From Geosiphon pyriformis uo1 (Eukaryota > Fungi > Glomeromycota): a stretch of 64,000 bases of DNA. The stretch lies in the NCBI GenBank assembly GCA_016748015.1, contig JAAOMT010000003.1, positions 1,549,365 to 1,613,364 on the forward strand, read 5' to 3'. The notes beneath the pieces are model-generated. The model was not told the origin of the DNA. It ran no database searches and was given only the letters and a program-made list of their open reading frames with translations. The number at the start of each line of letters is the position of its first letter. Position 1 is the stretch's first letter. Below are positions 14,461 to 28,014 of this stretch, piece after piece. Made by a program: the position numbers and the translations under genes.

Positions 14461-16049
14461 CTATATAAACTGGTAAAATTTTGTAATAAAATAAAAGTGG
14501 CAAAATTTTTTTTTGATCTTTTATAAATCTAGGTGTTGAACGTTTCTAATCAAAATAAAATCTTTACTAATAAGAATAATTTTATTTTATTTATAAATCT
14601 TAATTGTAAAAAAATTTATCCAATTGATCACATTATTCTGGTCATTGATATCAAAAAAATTAAATTGAAAATGAGCTAATTCAAATAAAATAGTTGACAA
14701 TCAAAAATCTAATTCCCAAAGCAAATACAAATTATTGCTTCGATTTGTGCAAGCTGATTTTATATGTGATACATTATGAAGAATCAATTTTTTTATTTAA
14801 TTAATAGAATAAGATGTACAAATCGTAGCTACTTAATATTGTGACTAAATTGACCCCCGCATAAACAAAGGTTGCCGTAAAAGGAAAGATGTGACTCAAA
14901 AGAGTTTATTTTTTCGAATATCCCGATGCTAACCATTATACCTGATTACTGGTTCCACAAACATTGATAGGTGCCTAAAATTTTCGGTAAAATGGTTCCC
15001 CAGGATCTTCAGGTATTTTGTTAAATTTTTATTGTCCCTTTTCCATGTAACTTGTCACCATCTATTATTAATCTCTTTAGTATCATAAACGTGAATGATG
15101 TCAAAAAATTGTTAATTATTGAATTTTCTGTTCAATTCTGTGGTATAATAACATTTAAATTTGATAACCTCTTTTTTTTTTAATACTCATTACAAAACCC
15201 GAAGCTAGAAGATTCGAATCTCTTTTGATTAAGGTTTCACACAACAAAAAAATGCCATCACAATGACGTTTTCAAATAGTTATTGCGAAAAACTATAATT
15301 GTCAAAATATTAATTATTTTTTAGATCTAGCTTTTTTAATGAACAAGGAGTATATAAGGTATTGTTTTACGTTATTTTGAAGAAACCTAAAAGAAAATCC
15401 GAATAACGCAAAGTTTTATAAACTTATTGGGAAAACAAGAATACCCAAAAAGTTATAAAATTTTGATTTGCGGAATTTTCGATAGTTTAGGGTAAAAATA
15501 AATAAAGTTTTTATTTGATCCGATAAAATTCCACCAGCTTGGAAAGGAAAAGTTTTTATAGATGAAATAAAAAGGGAATATTCTATATAAAGTAAAAATG
15601 ACGCTCATTGTTTGAAATCTTTTATATGTTATACGTCATCGAGATGATGATGCTATCGTATTCTCAAGAAGAAAAAAGCATCTCAAATTGGTCATTTTAA
15701 ATCAAATTTAATATTTAGTATTTGAAACTTTTTACATTACAATTTTTTAATTGTAACTTTTTTACAAATTCTGAGAATAAAAAATATGTAATAACTTTTT
15801 TATAAAAAGACCTTTTTCAAACAGCTAACTTAATTGTTAAATTTACTTTAATAACAAAAGATAAATGTGCTTGAACTGAATTGAACACAAGATTTTTATC
15901 TTTTAAATAAAAAATATAAACATGGGGAAAACCAAAAAGAAATAAAGTAAAGTAAAGTAAAGTAAAGTAAAAGTAAATAAAATAGATTCAAACAAAAAAA
16001 TTTGAGTATATGAATGTATAAATAATCTTGATTTTTTTTTATGTTAGGT

Positions 16050-16800
16050 TGGTCAATGTAAATGAATGAAATAAACTTGAGGGAACGAACAATAATATTG
16101 TCAATTTCAAATAGTTTACATGATGGTTGAAGTTTTAAAGGAAGAAAACTTGCTTGTTGAACACCACTCTTTTATGTTTCTCCTCATTAGCATACTGCTG
16201 CCAATCTAGACTGCTCTTTGTAAGAGCTTGGGGAATTGTTGGCAAGAACTTGTGAGCGTAAGGTTTGTGATGTAAATTATGGATAGGGTCGGCTAGCATT
16301 GCTAAGCGTTTTGAAGCAATTAGTAACGAGTCTTGAAATATTAATCACACGACAGATTTCTGACATACGCCTACCATTGTTATTTCTATCTCAATTCAAA
16401 GCTTTTGTTTGCCCCTTAAGTGCCTGGATCTCGTACGTTTTTTTGCCGTGGGAGTTTTTTGCATGTTGTACGAAGGGCGAGACCCTTCTCTCAGTGGTAT
16501 GACGGTAGTAGAGAGGCTCACAAAGTACTGGGCAAAAAGACGAACTGCATAGATTTTACTGTCCAAGTTTTTGAAGAGGACCTAATCGAGCAACGCTGAT
16601 GTAAAGATGACTTTGCATCATTGTTTTGATGTGCCTATTCTACGAATTGTTTTCGCCACAATGTTATCTCAATCTCTGCAGTCGAGCACTATTTTTAAAA
16701 ACCCTTGGTACATTTATTCGTGGCTGGGAGTTGTGTAGAATTACAATAGCACACATATTTATTAGACTGGTCCAGCTCGCTTTGATATGATAATCGAATG
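16050..16800. ncRNA. Candidate structured non-coding RNA or small-ORF transcript, family unknown
   Basis: GC-richer, CpG-retaining island without a long ORF; stems 16436-47/16531-42 (12 bp), 16597-606/16611-20 (10 bp), 16544-55/16671-82 (11 of 12), 16472-77/16483-88, 16299-305/16320-26. Confidence 0.4.
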
Positions 16801-17506
16801 ACCATGTTATAGTTTGGATGGGAACTAGAAGCTAAAAATAATGTGCGTGTTTGTTATACCTGATCCGCGAGCAATTTGCATGTGACATCATGTGGTTTTG
16901 TCGCATTATGCTGCACATTAATTATTATTATTGGTAGTTTTTATTATGGCATCACGTTTCAAAGAATAATGAATTGAAATTGGTAAAAAAAAATTTTCGG
17001 CAAAATATGAAATTATTCTATATAATTCCGAGTTGACATTATTTGCCCAAAAATGTCAATTTTAATTTTAATTTGTTTTGGATATTCCGGAAATTTCAAG
17101 TAACTACCAAAATGTTTTCAAAAACGAAATTTTCTTACTTTCGGATTAAAGAATTTCCCATCATCACAAAGATGATCTATGGTCATTTCAGTGATCATGG
17201 TACAAAACTATTGTGTGTGACCTCCAATATCAAATATTGTTTTTTTTATAAACATATTATTCAAGTAGAGTTTTAATGATCTTAATCTTTTTTCCGTTCA
17301 ATAACCATTCTGTTTTCCAAATTGGCCATATTTGAGTCGTAAAACTTTCTTTTTAATCAAGTTGATATTTTTAATACAGTCACGTTTTTATTGATATTTG
17401 ATCTCGTCAAAGTACCATCAATTTTATTGATAATCATCCAAATCAATGGGATTTAATATCTCCAAGTAGATTTTATAAGTTAATCTATAAACTATATTTA
17501 AATTTG

Positions 17507-17641
<135 letters not shown>

Positions 17642-18001
17642 ACCAAATTATTAAATTTAAACTACCTTTTTCTTATAAAAATTTTAATCTTGTAATCTGA
17701 AAATATTCATGAAAATAAACTATCTATATAACCAATATCCGAATTAACAAACTTTCTTTAAAGAATACTTTGAAAATAATATGGTAACAATATTAAAAAG
17801 ATTAGTAAAACCCATGCACTTATTCCCTTTGAAAACAAACCAATTATTAAATAGCGGAAAAATAAATTTCGTGCATCAAACAGGTAATTCAAATTTTAAT
17901 ATCCGTGCGCTAATTCTGCATGATGCAACATTACAGAATGCATTATCAAGCTATTTTGACTGAAAAATTTTGTTCATTTCGTCAAAAAAATCAATCATAA
18001 T

Positions 18002-18032
<31 letters not shown>

Positions 18033-19247
18033 TAAAAAACCAATTTATTCGGGCAAAAAAAAATCTAAAGTGATAAAAAATGATACGTTTTGTTTTCGTA
18101 ATTTTTTGATATTGTTCCCAGCATTTTTAATACCTTTAAATAAAAATTTTTCTTAAATTCTTAATTATTTTTTTATGTTAAACTTTTGTGCAAATAAATC
18201 TATCAGGGTCTTTTTTTTACTACAATAAAAACTTTTCCCCTTTGTTCTAGGTTACATTTAAATACGAGTTTTTTTTTTTTTTTTTGCAAAAGAAAAATAT
18301 GTCTCGGCAATAATTGTTCTTCCTGTGTTTATTTTCGAATGATTCGATTAATATTTAGCCATACTCAATTGAAAAAATCTCTATTACAAAAATTAGTTGT
18401 GCGTGAGAAGTTATTTTAAGCTGGAAAGTGTCAAGAAAATAATATGTAATAATTCACTCAAAATCAGGTCATTATTTATCAAAAGGTGATCAAGATCAAA
18501 AAATTATTTGTGCTAATTATAAATTCTTCAAACATTTTTGAATCTGTTCTGTAATAAACGAAATTAAAATATCGAAAAATTCTAAAAAAAAGTGTTTATC
18601 AATCATCATTAAACAAAGATAAATAATCCAAATACTTCAAAATAATATTTTATTAATCTTTACCCCCAAAAAAAAATTTTAAAAGAAAAATTATTTTTTA
18701 TGTTTGCTATGAAAGATGAAAATAAATTTATATGTCTCGTAATGAACAAGGAGACATCTTTAACTCTTAAAAAATTAATATTGAAAAGCTCCCAAGAAGG
18801 GAGAGGGTTTTGTCGATTGAGTAAACTTAAAAAAAAAAAAAAAAAATGATGAAAGAAAGGTTGTCTTCCTGATCAGTATAGTATGCGGTAACAGGTAACA
18901 TTTAATAAACTATGATAAGAGTCTTAATTTTAAGAGCATTGCATTAAGCATAAATTTTTTTTTCGCTGAACAATGTCGTTCATCAATATTAGAAATTATC
19001 AAGTGACAACACTACCAAAATGGTTCAAATTAAAGATCAGCGCGTGACTTTTTATGTTCGCGCATAACTTTTATCAAATGATTCGTCATTAATTATGATA
19101 CTCGGGAGGAAAGAGGGAATTACTTAAAATTGTTTTAAAAGGGCAATAACTGATTAATTTTAAGAATTAATATATTTGATCTTTTATGCATAGAAAAAAT
19201 CTAAAATCTAAAATAAAATTTAAATGTGCGTAAAAATTCAAGAAATC

Positions 19248-19288
<41 letters not shown>
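19248..19288 (+). repeat. (AAT)n microsatellite
   Basis: Directly visible. Confidence 0.9.
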
Positions 19289-19289
<1 letters not shown>

Positions 19290-21065
19290 TATAATTCTAT
19301 TATTATTCGTTTTTGATTTTCATATATATATATAATTTATTAGCTTTACCATTTTTTATTCCAACCATTCAACTATAACTTTTTGTAAGACTTTCAAGCA
19401 CAATGATATACTTTTTTATTTAAAACTTGGCACTTGCCATTTTTAATATCTAAACCTCAATAATAATCAATCCCTAATTTTTTTAACCAACTACAAGCTC
19501 TTACCAGTTTACTGGTTACCACGTTAATTGACTCAATTTTATACACTCCACAAACCTAATTATTAATACCATAGCTATCTAAGCACAAAAATTCTGTCGC
19601 AGCTTCTTCCATTTACCATTTTTAAATTCTCAATCTTCAATTCATTGCCGAAAAAAAAACTTGTCATGATACAATTGGCAACGATAATCCTAAATATAAA
19701 TTGTTTATTTAAAATAAATTCCTCATGTTGTTGTTTATCGTCATCCGATATTGGTTGCCAAGATTGATCATCGTGCCATGTCAGATATTTTGATTATCTC
19801 GCCAACCCTGATCATGAGATCGCGAAATTCACTCAACGATTACAACTCATTTTTCTCACTTTTTGTAACGGCACACCATTTTATTAAAAGCTAAAACTCA
19901 ATTTTGTATTGCTATCATTGATTATTATCATCATCATCATTATTATTAATATTATTAATATTATTATTGTTATTATTAAGAGTATTGGAGGCTTTAGAGA
20001 TTTACCTAAAGAACATTGAAAGAAAAACAAATTTTTGATTTTAAATAAAAAGAAGTACAAGATTTCTGAGTACGAAAGAATTTTTCTCAATTTGGGAATT
20101 ATGATTATCCACAAAATGAAGAGAAATAAATCGATCGACTAGCGAAAAAGTTTTATTTTTGATACATTTTGTAAATGAAGGTTGGGAAAGAATGTATTGA
20201 GTTTTGATGAAGCTTTGAGAGATGAAGGTATGCTATTATAATGATATGATATCAAAAAAAGTAGAAATACATTCTTGGCTCAAAAATTAAACTGAAGGTG
20301 TATATATGTCTTATTTCGAAAGGGATGTTTGTTAAAAAGTATCGTAGCCAGAATTATTTTAAAATCAAAATTTTTCATGCTTTTCTATGTAAACCTGTTG
20401 TCGAAATGAAAATGATAGCAATGGAAGAATGATTTTTTGTATAAATATTGGAGATGCCAAATAGCTAAAGGGTAAAAATATATTCACAAAAAAAAATTAC
20501 AATCTAGTGGTGAGATATGTTTTGGAAGATGTGTGAAACTTTTTAAGAAATGTTAAAAAAATATGTACAGAAAAAAAAGCTATGTGTATATGGAAGGGGA
20601 GAGGCATAGAAGTTTGTAGGTTTAGGAATTTAGCGTGAGTTTCAATCTTAGTGATTAAATGATTGAGAAGGCTACCCGAGTTTGACGTCTAGACAGGATA
20701 AACCATATTATTCTTTGTCTCCCATGAATGCACGAGGAAAATAATTTTAAAGATTGGGGAAGGAAGAAATAATAAACAAGAGAAAAAGGACAAAGGGGAA
20801 ATTAAAAATAAAACAAGAATGGAAAATCTGATTGTCCATCCGAAAGAAAAAAATTTTCTAAAAACTAATCGGCAAAATGAAACTTGTGGTATATCTAATC
20901 CATCAAAAAGGCACTTGCAAATTCCCTCAAACTATGTTTCGGTATCATAAATAACAATGTTCCTCCGATTAGATCGGAAATTATTAATAAAAAAATACTT
21001 TTGGATATTAGGATTATTAAGTATTATTTTTAAATCCAAAAAAATATCAAAGTCAAACAAACAGA

Positions 21066-22307
21066 TCATGCCCAAATATCATCCGATAAATGACTAGGAA
21101 ACACGTTTCGTATCGGGGTAACTGGTGATCCTGATATTAAATCGCCATTACTATCGGTTCCATTATATGCGTCCAAATAGTTTGTATCATGTGTTGATGC
21201 CATTTTTGTATAATGTTCCTCGCGAGTACTCTCAAAACCGTTTCTCATTTTGACATCACGATCAGGGAAGAATACTGCATCAGGAGATGAAGTGTACTTT
21301 GAATTGTCGCCATGAACCATGATAACTGGAGCGTTATGTTGTATATTTGTTGATGCAATTTCTTTGAGAGATAAAGATAATTTGCGAGAATGTGGAGCTG
21401 CGAATGGATTTCCAATACGTCTTTCTTGTAGACACGAATGAGAAACTGGTTTTCGGAGGATTGGCTGCCCTAAACCATATATAGCGATTTGATTGCTTAA
21501 CAAAGAAGTTTGTGGTCGCATCCGTGCTGGCAGAGAGTTAGACGATGTTTGTATGGATCGCTCATTTGAACCAGAGCCAACGCCATTTTGATTATTGCAT
21601 CCACTACGAATCGACTCTATTGAACTTTTCCTCGAGTCACGCGAACCTAGTGATGGTGTATCTAAACTCATTGAGTCGGTTGATGGACGCCGTGAGGAGA
21701 GTGTTGACGAAGAACCGTTACCACTTCCACTACCACTACGAGAATAGAAAGAGTTCACTGAGCTGTAGCTTCCCTGTCTTCGATGACCACCAGATGTCAA
21801 ATCTAATCGATCAAGTACTATGTCAACAATATTACGTTCACCAATTCGTGATTGTAAAATTGAAATCCATTGTCGCATTTCAATTTCTGAATCTGCATAG
21901 GCGATAAAAGAAGCTGGGTTTTTCAATTCATGATAACTTAAATTTGAACGAACGGAATCAGATGATTTGGCAATTTTTTCTATTCGAATACAAAATTTTG
22001 ATTTTTTGGTGATGGTCGGGTCGTGTACTACGGTGTTATACTTTGATAAATGAATTACGCCAGCTGGTTCAGAGGCACCCTAAATGAAAGGAATTGGAAG
22101 AATGAAAGATTAATGAATGTCGCATTTTGATTTAAATCAAACGATGCAGATTATCAATAAATTGGAAAATAAATTTACCTGTTGACGGTAATAGTACAAA
22201 TAATCTCCTTTTATTTCGCACCAACGTTTCTTCCATGTTTTTCGAAGAGCATTGCCCCCTTGCTTTGTTAACCAACCTGAGCGTGTTTCTTCAGATATGT
22301 ATTGCAT
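21066..22307 (-). CDS. PH-domain protein with long Ser-rich disordered tail, ~380 aa; exons 22307-22179 and 22079-21066
   Basis: Exon 1 MQYISEETRSGWLTKQGGNALRKTWKKRWCEIKGDYLYYYRQQ is a canonical PH N-terminus; GT..AG phase-0 intron; exon 2 GASEPAGVIHL...AYADSEIEMRQWISILQ gives the C-terminal helix with conserved Trp and joins ORF 21066..21926. Confidence 0.92.
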
Positions 22308-23140
22308 TATTGCGATAATTTTTGTTTAGGATGAGAGGGTGAACAGTCTCAAATCGAAATTTGCGACGGTTATTGATAGGAAAAAAGAGGTAGAGAGAGC
22401 AGGAAACTTTTTTGTTATTTTCGTCTAGTGAAAGGGTGAGCGCGTTTGTCCAGCAAGCGTCAAGAGAGAAGGGAAGAAGCAGCTGAAAGTAGTACAGAAG
22501 GATCTTTGATAGTAGGTTTAAAGGAAAAATATTATTAATTCTGATAGAAAATTCAGAATTAGTCGGTGACTTTTTTATGTGAAAAAGGATTTAGATAAAA
22601 GGAAAGAAACGAAGAAAATAAAATTCAAAGTTTCTTTGTTAGAGGTGCTACTGTTGTTAATACTAGTATAATGGGAAATTTATACTAGGGTTTGAGAGAT
22701 AGGAAGAGAGAGGAAGAGAGAGAAAGAGAGAGATGCAAAAGAATAATAGTTGGTTATTATACAGGAACAAAAGTGAAGTTACTTTTGAAAAGTAAAGTAA
22801 GAAAGAAATTAATGTGGGGAATTTGGTGGGATTTTATACATTTTTTTTGTTAACGACTAAAAATGAAGAGTATCGGGTGCACAGAAAATACGATTGTAAT
22901 CACAATAGTCAACTTTTTTTTTTTTTTTTTTACATTACACATAGTAACGGGGGGTAACGGTAGATGGTAGTAATGTAGGATATTTGATGTACCAAAAGTG
23001 AGTGATATTTTTATTTGTGTATAATACTACAAAAACAGGTATTAAAGAGAAACGTAAATATTTAGAGAGAAAGTCATACCGTTGTATATTCGCTTATTGC
23101 TAATAACAATATTATAAAATAAGGAGTATTAAATATAAAA

Positions 23141-23161
23141 TGTGTGTGTGTGTGTGTGTGT
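23141..23161 (+). repeat. (TG)n microsatellite
   Basis: Directly visible. Confidence 0.9.
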
Positions 23162-23883
23162 ATGACAAAAAATAAATAAACAAAAGGGGAAGATGACGAG
23201 TTAGAAAAGTACCAATTCACAAAAACTCAAAAAAGTGTGTTCCGATGTGATCCAAGAAACAAGTTTTTTTTTTTCAACTCTATATTTATATTTTGTGAAA
23301 ATTTAAAGTGTAAATTCTATTTCCCAGTTCCTGGAATTCTAAAACTTTAAAATTTTGTTCAGGGAATAATTAACCAAAAAAAAAAACTTTTGGTAGGTCA
23401 TCATGATATTATTTTCCTTGTCATAAAAGAAGGTGAAATGACCAAGGGAAACAAAAAAATTTAAAAGAAAATTTTGAGATTAATAAGTAACAATCTATAA
23501 CCGATACATTAATGAAGTCGCCGATTCTTTACAGAGGTGAAAAAAATTAATTGATACATTTGTGACCCCAATGACAGATGAAAGGTTTATTATTTTTTTT
23601 TTAATGTCGTAACTGTACGATCCTTTTTTGCGATAGCTTTCCTGAACCTGTGAGCAACGAATGGTTCTAATGATCAATTATGAGCTCATTGATAATAAAT
23701 GATCATATTATGCGCTTAAATAAACTATATTGACTAAGGTCATATATACATTTATTTTTACTTTCCTAATCTATCAAAATCTTTTTTAAAATTTGATTTC
23801 TTTTTTTACTTTTATATTAGATATCGCTGCAATTATCTGTGCTTTTGAATATGCAATTGGGGAAAAGATAGAAAGAATATAAA

Positions 23884-23923
23884 GATGATGATGATGATGA
23901 TGATGATGATGATAATGATGATG
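23884..23923 (+). repeat. (GAT)n microsatellite
   Basis: Directly visible, one interruption. Confidence 0.9.
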
Positions 23924-26900
23924 CAAGCGTGAAAAAAGATGCAATCAAATTATTAAATGCAAGTAAGTATCATAAATGGTAATCGGGGATATCGGTACCA
24001 AAAAAAGTGATTGTTTTCCATGCAGAATGCAAAACTTTACTCGACAATTCCTTTCCTAATAATACTTTTGACAATTATAAATTTAAAAATAATTTTAGGA
24101 GTATTTAAGAAACTGGAATCAAAAGTAAAACGGGGATCAAAAAAGTACTAAAGAACAAAAAGAAGCCTAGCAAGCTCTTTATAGGTAATCATCAATTAAC
24201 AACGCTAACCTAATCTTAAACAACTTTTTTCGTAAGTTTCCAGTCAAAAAAAAAAAAAATTTTTTGTTTATGAGCCCTTGATGAAACCTAATTTATTAAA
24301 ATTTTTTGATTCTGTTAAGGAAATTATGAATCTATATTAATATTTATATTTTAAAGGAAAGTTACGGCACATTTTATTTGATATTTTTCCTATATTTGTT
24401 TCAAGGTTGTTCCTTATTTCCATTATTAAATTGGATTGGGGGGGGATGATCAATTTGGTTAATTGATACTCTTGATGCTCAATATCATGAGGTAGGTTAG
24501 GAACAAGTTTAATTCTTTCCGATTTACTAGCATTATGAAAAACGATTTCACAATTGCTACTCTTTTCCGAAGAGAAATCGGCCGCTGATTATTGGAATGA
24601 GTAAGAATGATTTTCTTTGAAATGTTGCACCATTTTTCTTTTTCGTCATTTCGATTATTAAGAATCTTTGAATCTTATTTTTTACCCTGTTCAATGACAA
24701 TTGAAACAGGATCTTAACTAGTTGGCTACCGGTTTGTAAAGTGAGTTGTAGTAATCATACGATTCAAAGAGAATGCATCAATTTGAGAATTTTGTAACAT
24801 GTTAATAATGAAAAAATAATTAAAAATGGACAAGAAAGCTTTAAGATTTCATCAATAATAAATTCAAAAAGTAAAACAAACCATTTATGATTTCAAGAAA
24901 AAACTTGTTTACTGGTTTACCATTAAAGTCATTTTAAGTATTCTTTCAAATTTTGTCCGTTATGAATTTTAAGATTTGATACCATCCAAAATCTCAAACA
25001 AATTTAAAAATCATGTGGAAAATTAAGCAAGTACCACTGGGCGTTAAATTTTAAAAGAGATCTAGTTTTATTGGGGAAATCAGGACCAAAAAACTTATTC
25101 AGGGGAACAACAAAAAGGTTAATTGATCGGGTTCAAGGGTTTTTTGTCAGCTAATTTTGTTTGACTAGTTTGATCAAAACTCCTGTACAATTACCCCTGA
25201 GCTTGTTCAAAAAAAGATTGATATACAAAACAAACCTACAGAAATGGATTTTTAAAATTTTAAAATTTATTTATAAACAAAGAAAGCCAGAAACAAAGCT
25301 AAAAAATATCAGGGGATTGTTTGAATCTAATCTTACATCACTCTAATGTAAAATTTAATTAGTATGTTTTGCATGCTAGTAATTCCAATAAATTTATATG
25401 TTAAATTAGTAAATCAACTTTTTAGGAAGAGTCGAGTCATTATTGAAAATCAAACACTTGTTAAATGCAAAAATCGTGACAATAAAAATATCCAATTACT
25501 TTTTCGCTATCTAACCTTTTTTTCATGAACCAACATCCTATTACCACCTTCGTTACCAAGAAAGGTCCTCTCGGCACCAAGCAAAAATAGAAGTTCGGCC
25601 TCCTCTCTCGATTTCCAATCTACGAACATCTCAGCGCGATATCAGCTCAAATGTTAAATTTTAAGGTACCATTTGAATGGTGAAATTGCGGCTTGAAAAG
25701 ATTTGCCTTTAGTCGAATGAACGTTTTCCTAGATCTATAAAGATAATTCGGTGGACAACTTCATATATGCAGTCTTTACTTATCTTAAGGGGTTCTTCGT
25801 AAACCTTTACACCTTTAAAGGTGTGTGGGTAAAATAGGCTCCAGTGACATTGGACAAATTTTTCATCTCTTAAAAGCATATGGATCGAAAAAATTTAAAC
25901 TCAAAGGATAAGAAACGTACGGGGAAGGATTGTGCATCTGCAGAGTGAAATTCCCAGAAATCCTATCGTGTTCATTACTCACCGATAATGTTTAATTGCT
26001 AAAGCTAAATATTTCATGTTTTCATTCAAAATGAGGCCTATAAATACAAGACATATAACTTGTATGATAATATAAAGATCATTCGAGGGTCCGGAATATA
26101 TTTGCACAGCTGTAATAGACAGAGATGAAAATGACGCTCGGTGAATCCTCCTCCGGGAATTACTTTATATAGCCTTGATTCTCCTGAGATTTCATGCAGG
26201 ACAAGAAATAGTAGTCTTTACTTTGGAAAGTTTAGCATTGTTGATTTGTTAAAATTCATCTGATAAACTTTTGGTTAGATAATTTCTCGATAGATTAATT
26301 TATTTACTTGTGGAGCAGTTATATTATAGTTTAAAGAGACACATGATGCATTATATATTACACCAAAGGTTTCTTCTGAATAAAAAATATCATTTTTTTT
26401 TTAATAAATTCTAAGAAGCTTGAGAAGGCTGTAGTGTTGTTTGCCAAAGTTTTTTTATTTATTTATTTATTATTTAGAAAAAAATTAATAATCCTTTTCT
26501 TGATAATTTGCAAAAAAATTTTAATAAAAGAATTCTTTTTTGGAAAGTTTTTATTTAGAAAATTTTTTTTTTCACTGAAAAAATCCTAAACCTTTGTTAA
26601 ATTGTTAATGTAGTTCTAGTTTCAATTAAAATATCAATAAATAATAATTAGTATTCTATTCAATGGAAAAAGAAATCTTTTTTTTGAAAAATTTATTTAA
26701 AAAGAATGTAAGAAAACGGTTTTTTTTTTCTAAAAATATTATCCTGCATTGTGTGGAATGGTTTACAAGAAAAAAATCTCGGGAAATATTAATATTGGAG
26801 TTACGAACTAATAATATGTGGTGTTTTATTTAATGCATTGGTAACTTAACCTTTTAAAGTGCATAAAGAACAATAAAAATGTGCAAAAACTGTTTCACAA

Positions 26901-27506
26901 AATTTTTTACGAAAGAATGATTCAATGATCTTTCTTTTTTGATGGATATTTTTAGAATTAACTCTTTTTCATTTTATTTTTAAAGTTCATGAACTCTTCT
27001 GTTCGATTTCATTGTTTCCAACTTTGTCCCTTGTAAAACTTGTAATTTCTTTTACTTGCAGTATATAGGGGCAAGTTTGATATTTAAAAAATTTTGTGTA
27101 AAGGTTATTTTTATTCTATTTACAGATTAAAGTCATAAATAGCTATATAATAAAAAACCCTTTCTAAGATTTTTTTTTCATTCTGAAATAAAGTACATAT
27201 TTTTTTTTTACACCATTTCAAAAGTGTTACATGCGAGCAGTATTTAATTAGTATAAACGTTAATATTTCACTCAAAACCCAGTTTAAGGACGCATGCTGA
27301 ATTGTTGTGATAATTTAAAAAATTCAAGTTGTTTCGCCTGTGCGAAATTAACACATTAACATTAAAATAAAAGCATGCTGTTCAATAATTGGATTATTTT
27401 TTTAAGGGAAGGTTAGAGCTTTTTAACCATGCTTATTTAAAACATTCTTTAGAATTCTTTATTCATTATGATTTCAATTTAGGTAAAATTTAGTTTTTTA
27501 GGTAAG

Positions 27507-27550
<44 letters not shown>

Positions 27551-27894
27551 TAAATTATCAACTAATTTTTATTCAGTTGAAAATATTAGATTTATCTAAT
27601 TATTTTTTATCACAAAATTTTCACATTCCCTGTTCAGTTCAAAGAATCTTTCAACGGATGTCAACAAATATGCAAAACAATTAAAGAAGATCTATTTGAT
27701 AGAAATATAAATTCCTGAAAGCTCAAATTAATATTAGAATTTCTTTTATTATAATATTTTTAAGAAAGTATATAAAGGTATATCATAGCTTAGTAGATAT
27801 TATGTCGTATTGGGAGATAAAAATCTTTATGTATGTTTGTATTTTCAATGGAGATGAACCTTTTAATTTATTGCTTTAAAGGGAAGAGACTTTT

Positions 27895-28014
27895 AAATCT
27901 TAGTTTTGAAATATTTTCAGAAAATTTGAGAATGAAATCATGGTTTTAAAATATTTTCAGGAAATGTGAGAATCAAATCTTGATTTTGAAATATTTTCAG
28001 GAAATTTGAGAATC
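27895..28014 (+). repeat. 40-bp minisatellite, 3 copies
   Basis: aaatcttagttttgaaatattttcagaaaatttgagaatg / aaatcatggttttaaaatattttcaggaaatgtgagaatc / aaatcttgattttgaaatattttcaggaaatttgagaatc. Confidence 0.92.

Noticed and set aside
15200-15230. tRNA T-loop / B-box (TTCGAATC)
   Set aside because: T-stem does not pair and no cloverleaf.
16266-16365. Box C/D snoRNA (GTGATGT...CTGA)
   Set aside because: Box C imperfect and the best rRNA match I could recall has two mismatches.
16299-16502. 67-aa ORF on +
   Set aside because: TTG start, no motif.
16597-16620. SECIS element or hammerhead ribozyme
   Set aside because: AUGA is in the apical loop, not a GA quartet; no CUGAUGA...GAAA core.
16050-16800. 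Telomerase RNA
   Set aside because: No 1.5-repeat template (CUAACCCUAA-like) on either strand; AAACCCTT at ~16700 is too short.
21545-21907. Overlapping ORFs such as 21545-21907, 2386-2583, 2728-2967, 35329-35562, 37879-38079, 54939-55295, 61641-61910, 62315-62566
   Set aside because: Antisense or off-frame shadows of real genes.
27895-28014. CRISPR-like array
   Set aside because: Head-to-tail repeats without spacers, eukaryotic context, no cas genes.
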